From positions 1 to 59,236 of the IMG/VR virus record IMGVR_UViG_3300025102_006169: a stretch of 59,236 nt of DNA; one strand, 5' to 3'. A program made the translations under genes and the position numbers. Below, piece by piece: positions 37,977 to 46,978 of this stretch (its first letter is position 1; every line of letters starts with the position of its first letter). This DNA comes from a virus (lineage: Duplodnaviria; Caudoviricetes). The notes beneath the pieces are model-generated. The model was not told the origin of the DNA. It ran no database searches and was given only the letters and a program-made list of their open reading frames with translations.

Positions 37977-38811
37977 TTTTTTCTCCTTTTGTAACAGCTC
38001 CATCAATGTTGAGCCAATCATGTTCTTTACGAACTTCCATGTTTTTTTTCCATGATGCTTTTAACATAACAGGTTCTACGCCGTTTGTCAATGAATAAAA
38101 TGTTAAAGCATTCAAATCTTTTGGAAAACATTTTCCTCCAAAACCATTATGACCATCTGGGCCGGGAACTTGAAGGTGGCTTTTACCTATTCTTTCATCA
38201 TAGAGCGCCAACTTAACTACGTCGTTATAATCGGCTCCAGAAACATCACAAATTTGTCTCATCTCATTTGCAAAAGATACTTTTGTAGCCAAGAAAGTAT
38301 TGATAAAGTATTTTACGGTTTCAGCAGTTTTCCAATCAGTCGTAAAATAGTATTTATCTTCAAATACCGATTGAAGTAACCTAACACATTCCGCTGTGTC
38401 TTCTTTGTGGCCACCAAAAATCATACGATTACAGTTTCGAAAATCTTCAATGTGATTTGCTTCTGTAAGAAACTCCGGGCTAAAAACAATTCTTATGTTG
38501 GGGAACCTGTCTTTTATTTCTTCGCATGTGCCCGGAACCACTGTGGATTTTAAAATAATAATGTTGTCTTGATAGTTTTGATAAATTTGCCCCATTGCGT
38601 CAAAAATTATAGACAGATCACACTCACCATTATCATACATTGGGGTTGGCAACGCTACAAAAATTATCTCTGCCTCACCAACAACTTCTTTAATGCTATC
38701 CCTGTTTGAAAGGGCAGGTTTTCTGTCATAGATGACAAACTCATAATCATTTTTTAAATTTTCATAAATTGCGGAGCCTACAAAACCATTTCCAATAAGA
38801 CCTATCTTCAT
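37969..38811 (-). CDS. ugd: UDP-glucose/GDP-mannose dehydrogenase family protein (short form)
   Basis: GNGFVG Rossmann motif, LPTP, KSTVVPGT, PEFL, KYFINTFLATKVSFANE, catalytic GFGGKCFPKD. Confidence 0.88.
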   Translation of the reverse strand: MKIGLIGNGFVGSAIYENLKNDYEFVIYDRKPALSNRDSIKEVVGEAEIIFVALPTPMYDNGECDLSIIFDAMGQIYQNYQDNIIILKSTVVPGTCEEIKDRFPNIRIVFSPEFLTEANHIEDFRNCNRMIFGGHKEDTAECVRLLQSVFEDKYYFTTDWKTAETVKYFINTFLATKVSFANEMRQICDVSGADYNDVVKLALYDERIGKSHLQVPGPDGHNGFGGKCFPKDLNALTFYSLTNGVEPVMLKASWKKNMEVRKEHDWLNIDGAVTKGEKNE

Positions 38812-39686
38812 GATAACTCCTCCTTAAGAAGCTTAAAGCAATCTCTAATACCTTGTTCAGCTTCGTGTTTTGGATTCCAGCCTAATAACTTGAGCGGTTC
38901 TATAAATGCCTTTGTTTCAAAAACATCGTTTTGTCGTGGGTCAACATAATCAAACACAACCTCTGGAAAGAACTCAAGTGCAATATCTTTAATTGCGTTC
39001 AAGGAAATGTTATCGCCAGTCCCAATGTCAAACCACTCTCCATTAAATTTACCTTCATAATTCATGCAAAAAATGTTAGCCGACACAACGTCTAGTTTAT
39101 GCGCCATGTCTCTTAGTTGTCCTCCGTCGCCCGTAATAAAAGGGTTCTTGTTGTCACGGATGTATTGCATCCAATTAGCCACTGCTGTGGCGTATGGGCC
39201 ATCTGCCTTTTGGTCCGGGGAGTACACATTAAAATAACGCAGACACACAGTGTCCAGCCCATAGAGCCTTGACCAGACTCCACACATGCTTTCAGGCATC
39301 AATTTAGATGCCCCATAGGGATTCTCTGGTCCTTCTCCGTTTCCTGTAACCGAAGAAGAGCTTGAATAAATAACTCGTTTAGCACCGACTGCTCTTGCAA
39401 ATTCCAACACATATAGCGAACTTAATACATTGTTCTCCAAAACATGAACTGGTTGTTCTATGCTATACACAACCCTTGGTATGGCCGCTAAATGAAAAAT
39501 GTATTCGGGCTTAAAATTAAACCAATGTGGGTGAAATTTTCCGTCACTATCTGGCTTTAAACACTCTAAGATGTCATGTCCGTCAACTAAATCAATGCCC
39601 AGAACATCATGACCAGCCTGCTTTAATTGCTTATAAACTTCAGACCCTATGTACCCCTTGTGGCCCGTGACTAAACATCTAGACAT
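38808..39686 (-). CDS. NAD-dependent epimerase/dehydratase (extended SDR)
   Basis: VTGHKGYIG, HLAA, YSSSSSV, YGASK, LRYFNVY. Confidence 0.9.
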   Translation of the reverse strand: MSRCLVTGHKGYIGSEVYKQLKQAGHDVLGIDLVDGHDILECLKPDSDGKFHPHWFNFKPEYIFHLAAIPRVVYSIEQPVHVLENNVLSSLYVLEFARAVGAKRVIYSSSSSVTGNGEGPENPYGASKLMPESMCGVWSRLYGLDTVCLRYFNVYSPDQKADGPYATAVANWMQYIRDNKNPFITGDGGQLRDMAHKLDVVSANIFCMNYEGKFNGEWFDIGTGDNISLNAIKDIALEFFPEVVFDYVDPRQNDVFETKAFIEPLKLLGWNPKHEAEQGIRDCFKLLKEELS

Positions 39687-40509
39687 CTACTCCTCCAAAT
39701 TGTGGTGGCTTGTCCCAAAAAAGCTTTGCTTTTTCGTAATCATCATCCCTAAGTGTAATCTTGTCATTCAAAACATAATCTTCAAAATCTATGATTGGAT
39801 ACACATCAAGAACAGTTTTTTTACTAGCATTCCAAAACTTAACTGTGTCATCTTTTGCGAAAAAGTTTTTATGTGCTAAAGAATGTACGTTACGCATTTG
39901 GTTGTTGATTTTATACACCTTTTCGGGTGGGATGTCTGCTTGGTAAGAACTGTCAAAGTGGTTTGGATCATTCTTGGTGCCGCGATCACCAGTCCAGCCA
40001 AGGTCCGCGCCAACAATTATAATCTCGCTAAAACCCATGTAGTAAGCTAACTGAAGTGCTAAATTCATAGTGGTGCCTGACTTGTCAATCCTTTCAGATA
40101 CATCAGTAGAAAATGAATATTCTAAAATGTCACCGTTGGTGGCAGGTTTATTCTCAGACATTGAATTAAACCACTTAATTCTGGGGAAACCGAAACTAGG
40201 ATCTATCTGTGGTCGGAACATTTCGGCTATAAAAGATGTCGTTTCACGATGAGATACGGCCTCTCTTACAGATCTAGTCCAATCGGCACCCCATACAGGA
40301 TGTCGAACATTAGTAGAGGAAAACAAATAGTAAGTTGGCTTCCAATCCGGGTTCTCTGGGTAGATGAGCGAAATACGATTCATAGCGATAGTATATTCAT
40401 CTGCCAGTAAATCTAAATTTGTCTCTTTCAAGCTGGGGCCATTAGCCACCAAGAATACTCTTTCGCCTTTGTGTAAGTTTTTAAACTCTTTAAACACTTG
40501 GTTCATCAT
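39679..40509 (-). CDS. DUF115 / Maf-like (MptE-like) putative glycosyltransferase
   Basis: KNLHKGERVFLVANGPSL, IAMNR, ALQLAYYMGFSEIIIVGADL, DPNHF, WNAS follow the DUF115/Maf pattern. Confidence 0.7.
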   Translation of the reverse strand: MMNQVFKEFKNLHKGERVFLVANGPSLKETNLDLLADEYTIAMNRISLIYPENPDWKPTYYLFSSTNVRHPVWGADWTRSVREAVSHRETTSFIAEMFRPQIDPSFGFPRIKWFNSMSENKPATNGDILEYSFSTDVSERIDKSGTTMNLALQLAYYMGFSEIIIVGADLGWTGDRGTKNDPNHFDSSYQADIPPEKVYKINNQMRNVHSLAHKNFFAKDDTVKFWNASKKTVLDVYPIIDFEDYVLNDKITLRDDDYEKAKLFWDKPPQFGGVDV

Positions 40510-41195
40510 AACTCCTTTTTTGAAAAAACCATTATGGTTCTTTTATAGTTTAGGTTGCTCATCTCATCATCAAAAATTTTGTGATTTGTAAAACCTCGGT
40601 CTGACATGTTTCTGATCATAAAATTTTGAGTTGGTGTGTAATGCAAAGCGTTATAAACATTAGATTTAGTTTTTCCGCCATGATAAACTACATCCTCCTC
40701 CTCACTATTAAGTGTTTTGAATTCTAATACTAACGTGTCCCCAATCTGTGCTAATTTATCTAGGCAAGCGGTTAAGTCTGGGACCCTATGTATGAGTCCC
40801 AATCCCAATACAATGTCATAATTCTCGTCCTCTGGACTATCGTACAAGTCTTGTACTCTAAACTCGACGTTATCCAGTCCGTATGCTTTTTTAGCCAAGT
40901 TTGATCGATCGATTCTTAAAGGATCTATGTCTGTTCCCAGAACATAATGCATGCCCAAATTAGCACTTTGAATTGCAAAAAAGCCGTCACTACAGCCTAT
41001 GTCCACCATGGTTTTCCCAATAGGCTGTAGCATTTCAATAATTGGTTTTAATCTTTTCCATTTATTTATGTTGTAGCCCGGACTACTAATGTGGCTTTCT
41101 CTTGTCTTTACATCACCGGGAAAAATGTAAAAATGATTCCACTCCTCCTTGAGTGACAGCTCTTGAACCTTTTCTTTAATCTCTTGCGGTGTCAT
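40506..41195 (-). CDS. class I SAM-dependent methyltransferase (CmoB/DUF1698-like)
   Basis: GKTMVDIGCSDGFFA motif I, LGTDID, YDIVLGLGLIH. Confidence 0.8.
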   Translation of the reverse strand: MTPQEIKEKVQELSLKEEWNHFYIFPGDVKTRESHISSPGYNINKWKRLKPIIEMLQPIGKTMVDIGCSDGFFAIQSANLGMHYVLGTDIDPLRIDRSNLAKKAYGLDNVEFRVQDLYDSPEDENYDIVLGLGLIHRVPDLTACLDKLAQIGDTLVLEFKTLNSEEEDVVYHGGKTKSNVYNALHYTPTQNFMIRNMSDRGFTNHKIFDDEMSNLNYKRTIMVFSKKEL

Positions 41196-41881
41196 TATGT
41201 CTCCAAATATTTGTTCATTATTTGCCTTGCCTCATCTTCGGTAAGAAAAGCACTCCTCACTGATGGCCATGATTTTGCATCTTCTATCTTATAAAGAGTT
41301 CTAAAATCGCCCCTGTTTCGTTTGTCTCTTTCCTTCATAAAACTTTCTTTTTCTAAAATTACTGGTAATTTTCTGTCTGGATGCATAGCAGATAGGATTG
41401 CTGCTCTGTGATTCCCGCTCACAACATAAAATTTTCTATGGCTAGCGTCTTCAATAAAATAGCCCGTTATGTGACCCTCTTTACGATCTATAAATTTTTC
41501 TGGCCGATATCCGTATGCATCTATAGATTTTATAAGTTTTTGCATCTTGTGTACCTGATTTTTTATGAATTTTTCATCTCTATTAATAAACGCATGGTCT
41601 AAGAGGCTATCCACTGGTTTGTAGTGAATCCAAGGCAGAAATGCGTGGTAACACTCATAATTTTTTAATTTTTCCACTACACCGTACATGTGATAAAGAG
41701 TTTTAGGGTTGTAGTTTTTATAATGCATCATTAAGGGCGTTGATTTGTGATTAAATCTTTCTTCAGAATGCATTATTTCAACTGCGGTCTTATAACAAGG
41801 GTTATCATAGATTGCAGTTGGTATACGGCTTAAATTGCAAATTAATTCTTTATCAATCTCTATTACTTTTGTTTTTTTCAA
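41195..41881 (-). CDS. ParB/sulfiredoxin-like domain protein
   Basis: LIKSIDAYGY....FYVVSGNHRAAIL (GxHR motif); TTG start. Confidence 0.5.
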   Translation of the reverse strand: MKKTKVIEIDKELICNLSRIPTAIYDNPCYKTAVEIMHSEERFNHKSTPLMMHYKNYNPKTLYHMYGVVEKLKNYECYHAFLPWIHYKPVDSLLDHAFINRDEKFIKNQVHKMQKLIKSIDAYGYRPEKFIDRKEGHITGYFIEDASHRKFYVVSGNHRAAILSAMHPDRKLPVILEKESFMKERDKRNRGDFRTLYKIEDAKSWPSVRSAFLTEDEARQIMNKYLET

Positions 41882-41894
41882 AAACCTTTCCCTT

Positions 41895-42971
41895 TTAAGT
41901 AAATAAGTTTTTTAAATTACCATTTCTTTCTATTGAGATGCTGGAGCAGGATGGGTATGGGTTTGTGCTGGCAAAATCATTAACAATTATTCTTTTTCCA
42001 TGATTGCAGCCAGATATTATGGTTTTGTATCGTATCTCATTCTCTTTCAGAAATGTCTTAAAGAATTCTAGATACTCATCTGTTCTACTTGTCATAAAAA
42101 TTATTTCGCTACCTTGGTCCGATAATTTTTTTACCAAATCAAAGTTTTCCTTGATCGGCTCAAATGTATTTGACCAATTTTTAGATCCATATTTACCATA
42201 ATTGATAAGCATAACCCCATCGATGTCAAAAATGTAAGTATTAAACCTGTCTCTTTCCTCTTGCCACTCTTTCAAGGTTCCCCAATCAACATAGTTTTTT
42301 GCATCCACAAATTGAAATGCTACTTTCCTGTTTATAAGCAAGTGTGAAATGATGTGACTAACATACAATTCTTTGTTATCAAGCAACACACCAGAATCCA
42401 CAATCTCGTTATAGGATTCAATAAACTGTTCAACCGTGAGGCAGTATACACCCAAACAGATGTTATCGGAAACAATGCTCTTTTCAACAATGTCTTGAAT
42501 TAGGTTATCATCATTTTTTACAATAAAGCTTTTATTCTGTATCTTTTTAACTGTTGATCGTTCGTCAATCCTCATTCCAACAACAAAGTTCTTATCAATG
42601 ATCGATTCTGTGGCCACTAAGCAATCAGTGTCTTTGATTATTATCCGACCTTTAAGGTTTGCAGCTTCTATTGCTCTTAGCACAGTCTCTGGACAAGAAC
42701 TAGTTTCCTGCTCCAAAATGATTACACTCACACTATTTCCAAACGCTTGCTCCAAAACCAAATCAGCTTCAAATTTGTCACAATGCTCTCTAAGAGTCAC
42801 AACATAAGTGTTTTTGTATTTATCATACTCAAATTCTTTCAGCACCTTTTCAATCATCATGTTGCCATCTGGATGTGTGAGCATCCATTTTGGTCGCATA
42901 CCGGGGAACCTAGAAGACTTACCAGCAGCGGGGACGATCAGTGTTATGTCTTTCCTGTTATCGAATGGCAT
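41895..42971 (-). CDS. sugar nucleotidyltransferase-like domain fused to HAD phosphatase
   Basis: N-terminal IVPAAGKSSRF..PKW and DWGT; C-terminal YIFDIDGV, FMTSR, IIVND. Confidence 0.75.
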   Translation of the reverse strand: MPFDNRKDITLIVPAAGKSSRFPGMRPKWMLTHPDGNMMIEKVLKEFEYDKYKNTYVVTLREHCDKFEADLVLEQAFGNSVSVIILEQETSSCPETVLRAIEAANLKGRIIIKDTDCLVATESIIDKNFVVGMRIDERSTVKKIQNKSFIVKNDDNLIQDIVEKSIVSDNICLGVYCLTVEQFIESYNEIVDSGVLLDNKELYVSHIISHLLINRKVAFQFVDAKNYVDWGTLKEWQEERDRFNTYIFDIDGVMLINYGKYGSKNWSNTFEPIKENFDLVKKLSDQGSEIIFMTSRTDEYLEFFKTFLKENEIRYKTIISGCNHGKRIIVNDFASTNPYPSCSSISIERNGNLKNLFT

Positions 42972-43761
42972 GTTCTAGACTCCCTTCTAGGTGTGCTAAG
43001 GTGCGTTTATCTTTACAGTATGGGATTACTCTAAGGATGTTTAAAACAATTAAGCAGTCAATTGATTTTTTGTTGTCTTTATAGATTTGTGTATTTTTAA
43101 GGATTTCATCAACATAAATGCTTTTAACAATTGGTTTTTGTTTTATAAACCTGCTTGACCAAAAGTATCTTACGTCAAACAGCAGTTTTGCTACGTCAAT
43201 CAATTTTGTATCAATAAAAGAATCTAAAAAATCTATAAAATGCAGCTTTCCATTTGAAACAATTAAATTCTCAAATGTTAAATCACCGTGACACTCGCTT
43301 GTTGGTATGTGCTGCCAGTTATTTTGCAACACATGTTCATAAAACTTTTCATATCCAGTTGTCTTTGTTCTAATGTTTTTAATTTTTTCCTGTATAAATT
43401 TCGATAAATCCTGTGTTTGTTGTATTTTATCACAGGACAAGTAGTCTTGCAGAGCTTTAATAAATGGTGCCACTGTGCTAATGTCGGAGCTTCTGATGTG
43501 GTCACTTAGTGATTTACCATTGATGTAGTTCATGTCAAAATAAAATAAATCGTTAACATGACCTCTTCTTAGAATTTTTGGACTTTCTATAATTGATAAT
43601 TTGCTGGTAAATTTTTCTTGTTTTTGTGATTGGTTTAACAATCTTTCATTATAAGAAACATCTGGAGAAATCTTCCTGACGTATTTTTCTTGTGAGTTAC
43701 TGTCGTTCGCACACAGCAGAATTTTGCACCCAGAATGACCAGACAGTTTTTTAATTATCAT
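42958..43761 (-). CDS. aminoglycoside/choline-kinase-like phosphotransferase
   Basis: LSGHSG, VRK, CHGDLTFEN (Brenner motif), FIDF, DVAKL. Confidence 0.75.
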   Translation of the reverse strand: MIIKKLSGHSGCKILLCANDSNSQEKYVRKISPDVSYNERLLNQSQKQEKFTSKLSIIESPKILRRGHVNDLFYFDMNYINGKSLSDHIRSSDISTVAPFIKALQDYLSCDKIQQTQDLSKFIQEKIKNIRTKTTGYEKFYEHVLQNNWQHIPTSECHGDLTFENLIVSNGKLHFIDFLDSFIDTKLIDVAKLLFDVRYFWSSRFIKQKPIVKSIYVDEILKNTQIYKDNKKSIDCLIVLNILRVIPYCKDKRTLAHLEGSLEHAIR

Positions 43762-44687
43762 TTCCCGACTGGTCGATTGTATGACATATAGTTTAAAGCG
43801 TTCAGGTCTAAATCCTTTTCAAAATAAATGTATTTTATAGCATTTTTAATTTTTGATTTTTTCAAGTCAGGTGGATTATCAACAATTTCTTTTGTCCAAT
43901 TTTTGATCCAACCCATTTTTTCTCTGGTGTGTGTCGGATTTGAATGTGGCCAAGTTCCTTCCCACTTGTTATAAAAATAATTCCAAGCTGAGAGTTTGTA
44001 AATACCCCCTCTGCTATTATTCCAGATTTGTTGCTGCTCAGAATCGTCTGGCTTTCTTTTTATAATTTCTTTACCTGCATCATTAACCGTAACAAAGTTT
44101 CTATCATCGAATGATTCTATAGGGTAATCAGGCTCGTGATTCAAAAGTATTCCATGAACAATGTCATTAATTGATGTCTTGTCTTTGTTGTAGATTAGTG
44201 CTCTTAAAAAATAATCTGTCTCTTTGTATTGAGCAGGCAAGTTTTCGTCCCACATTCCAATTTTTCTAATTGATTCGGGTTTATAGGCTGTTATTGTATC
44301 TCCGCAGAGGCCTGTCACAAAGGTATAGCCCTTTTGATTGAACAATACATCCAAATGTTCACACCACTTCGGATGAACAACGGCGTCGTTCTGTAGTGTA
44401 ACAAGTATCTCAGTATCTGGTTTTTGTAGATTTACTACGCCATTAATGAATGCTTGATTATAATTTTCTGATACATTTCCATTTGACCAATCGGGTCTTA
44501 GTACATTATGTAACACATTCACTTTATTTTTAAATTCGTCTCGCAGATAAAATTCGGAGTGATTGTTAATTACGTTAACCTCTGTATTTTTCAACTCTGA
44601 GAAGTCTGATTTAAACAGTTTATCAAGCGTATCATTGAGCACATCACATCTTTTATATGTAACAATGTAAACCTTCATTTTTTTCAT
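43758..44687 (-). CDS. GT-A fold (GT2-like) glycosyltransferase
   Basis: ATGA-coupled start at 44687; VYIVTYKR, VINN, LQNDAV, IGMWDE, ETDY. Confidence 0.7.
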   Translation of the reverse strand: MKKMKVYIVTYKRCDVLNDTLDKLFKSDFSELKNTEVNVINNHSEFYLRDEFKNKVNVLHNVLRPDWSNGNVSENYNQAFINGVVNLQKPDTEILVTLQNDAVVHPKWCEHLDVLFNQKGYTFVTGLCGDTITAYKPESIRKIGMWDENLPAQYKETDYFLRALIYNKDKTSINDIVHGILLNHEPDYPIESFDDRNFVTVNDAGKEIIKRKPDDSEQQQIWNNSRGGIYKLSAWNYFYNKWEGTWPHSNPTHTREKMGWIKNWTKEIVDNPPDLKKSKIKNAIKYIYFEKDLDLNALNYMSYNRPVGK

Positions 44688-45652
44688 AACAGATCTACCC
44701 GTTCTAGACAGTCTGTCCAACTGTTAAACTTGATAGATTTATCATCAATGTAAGCAACTGCGCGTGGTTTTTCAGCCGTTACTTTACTAATAAACTGAGA
44801 TAAGTTGTTACTCTCAAGCCATTCCCAAACAAGTTGAGTACCAGTCTTTCCGTTAACTAGCCCTCTATCTGCTCTAGCCTTGCATGTGTAAACTATAACT
44901 GTATACTTCTCTGACAGAGATTGTAAAGCTTCGTATGAACCTTCAACTGGCTCGTCGTAGATCGTGCCATCGTAATATCCCTTGGAACACCTGTGTATTA
45001 CTCCATCAAAATCAACTCCAATGTTAATTTGCTCATCTGGGTAGCTATGTTTTCTTACCTTGCCACCTTTCCAGTTTAGTTTTTCGAGTTCCTCTGGCGA
45101 GTTTTTCCCGATAGGAGGGCACACGTTCCCAGATGCATGAGTCAGTTGATACGTTAATAAAAGAGTGAGTACTTCAGACGTATGATAATAATCTGCCCCT
45201 AAGACAACTTGAGTAAGATTGTTAACACTTTCTGTGATGGGCACTGAGGTTATCATAGCCACCTCCATGCCATGATCAGTGCCCCATTGTAAGGCCTTAA
45301 TTATGTCGCGCGACTTACCAGAAGAGGAGATGCCAAGCACGAGTGACTTCTTCATTTGTGTTTTGGTTCTAGCAGATGTACGGCTAGAGAGCCAGCTAAC
45401 CATCCATTGATCGAAGCCGACATCATTAATCAGAGAAGTTGCTACAACGCCGCTACCGGGACACATTGCGTTCTTATTACCATTTGATAACCTAGTGATG
45501 TCTACTGCTGCATGGTCTGCAACCGCAAGGTTACCACCGTGTCCAAGCACATAAATTTCATTACATCGGTTAAATTTCTCTTGAAGTTCTTTCCAAGAAC
45601 TTGAATTTACTGTCTTTACAAACTTTTCGTCTAAATTTTCAAAATTAAGCAT
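44684..45652 (-). CDS. SIS-domain sugar-phosphate isomerase (GmhA-like) fused to HAD phosphatase
   Basis: GHGGN..ADH, INDVGF, ISSSGKS (SIS); C-terminal IGVDFDGVI, YTCK, YIDD (HAD). Confidence 0.75.
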   Translation of the reverse strand: MLNFENLDEKFVKTVNSSSWKELQEKFNRCNEIYVLGHGGNLAVADHAAVDITRLSNGNKNAMCPGSGVVATSLINDVGFDQWMVSWLSSRTSARTKTQMKKSLVLGISSSGKSRDIIKALQWGTDHGMEVAMITSVPITESVNNLTQVVLGADYYHTSEVLTLLLTYQLTHASGNVCPPIGKNSPEELEKLNWKGGKVRKHSYPDEQINIGVDFDGVIHRCSKGYYDGTIYDEPVEGSYEALQSLSEKYTVIVYTCKARADRGLVNGKTGTQLVWEWLESNNLSQFISKVTAEKPRAVAYIDDKSIKFNSWTDCLERVDLL

Positions 45653-46325
45653 TTTTCATTACCCCCTCATAATATTCTAATAAAGCTATCGTATCCATAC
45701 CTAAACATTTTAGTCCATAGTCCTGATAATTAGCAATTTGTTGATCTACATTGTTTGGAATGTGTACGGCCAATTTATTAGTCGGTATTTTATCTTTTAC
45801 TTTATTAATGTAACCCATAAACACAGGGTTGTCAAATTTTCCGGGCAAATTTAAACTTAAAGATAAGTCATAAGGTCCTATTAAATAATAATCAAAATTA
45901 TAACCAACTATCTTGTCGAGGTTGTCAACTCCGGTCTTCGTTTCAATTTGTGGTATTAAAATTGGATCCTCTGTCAGTAGGCCGTCTCGGCCCCAAGAAT
46001 TACCCCTGACAAGACCAAGGCCCCTGTTACCCCTTGGTGTGTAACAGGAATACTCAATAATTTTCTCGGCCTGCGAAGCACTCTCTATGGTGGAAAAAAT
46101 AAGACCAGTGGCGCCAGAATCTAAACAATGCCGTATCAAAGTGTTTGAAATTTCTGTCAGTCTAACAAAGCACTGCTTTCCGCACAGTCTTGCCACTTGA
46201 ATACATGAAGATAATGTCTCGCGACTATAACACCCATGTTCTGTATCTAATACAACACCATTACCATTTTTACAAAGTATCTCAGTGATTACAGGGGATG
46301 CAATTTGTTGCCATGATAAAATCAT
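45645..46325 (-). CDS. HpcH/HpaI-family pyruvate aldolase
   Basis: LDTEHG, FVR, LDSGATG, PRGNRGLG, QIET, IGPYDLSLSL. Confidence 0.9.
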   Translation of the reverse strand: MILSWQQIASPVITEILCKNGNGVVLDTEHGCYSRETLSSCIQVARLCGKQCFVRLTEISNTLIRHCLDSGATGLIFSTIESASQAEKIIEYSCYTPRGNRGLGLVRGNSWGRDGLLTEDPILIPQIETKTGVDNLDKIVGYNFDYYLIGPYDLSLSLNLPGKFDNPVFMGYINKVKDKIPTNKLAVHIPNNVDQQIANYQDYGLKCLGMDTIALLEYYEGVMKNA

Positions 46326-46978
46326 TTATAATATACCTCCTCCAAAGCTTTAACTAATTCCCAATCAGATTCCGTGTCAATGTCAAGATTTTCTGGGTGT
46401 TTAACCGCATAAAAGAATGGTTTAACTCCTATTCTGTTGTGAGATTTTATGAAATCTATGGATTTAAAAATGTAAAACGCCGAATTTTCCTCGTATAGAG
46501 TTGGCAAATCTTGTGTTTGTTCCAGCTTCATTGGATTGTGATTAACGGGACAAGACCCATACGATTCATTCCTCCAGAACCTAGAATTGTGTTTCGTGCA
46601 AGAAACAACCGAATCATATTTAGGGCCGATTTGTGATGCGGCCATAAAAACAGTCGAGTGATTCAGAAAAGGACTGGTGACATGTATTTGTGCTACAACA
46701 TCACCAATGTCATGTCTCACAATAAAATCTTTGATTAAGTTACAAACTGAAACTTTGTCGCCTCGCAAATCTGGGTGTCTCATGTACGGCACCACATTTT
46801 TTAGACGGTTATCTTTGCTAATCTCTTTGATTATTTCTTCGCTATCAGTGTCAACAAAAACATCACAATTGGTATATTTAAGCAAAGTATGCTTATACAA
46901 AGGCTCGCCATTGAAGATTCTATAATTTTTCTTTGGAACTCTTTGGGAATTGTGTTTAATCGGTATGAAAATTTTCAT
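46322..46978 (-). CDS. acylneuraminate/ulosonate cytidylyltransferase (NeuA/KdsB family)
   Basis: Start at 46978; IPIK.NSQRVPKKN, VDTDS, HVTSPF, TQDL..YEENSAFY, DIDTESDW. Confidence 0.88.
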   Translation of the reverse strand: MKIFIPIKHNSQRVPKKNYRIFNGEPLYKHTLLKYTNCDVFVDTDSEEIIKEISKDNRLKNVVPYMRHPDLRGDKVSVCNLIKDFIVRHDIGDVVAQIHVTSPFLNHSTVFMAASQIGPKYDSVVSCTKHNSRFWRNESYGSCPVNHNPMKLEQTQDLPTLYEENSAFYIFKSIDFIKSHNRIGVKPFFYAVKHPENLDIDTESDWELVKALEEVYYK

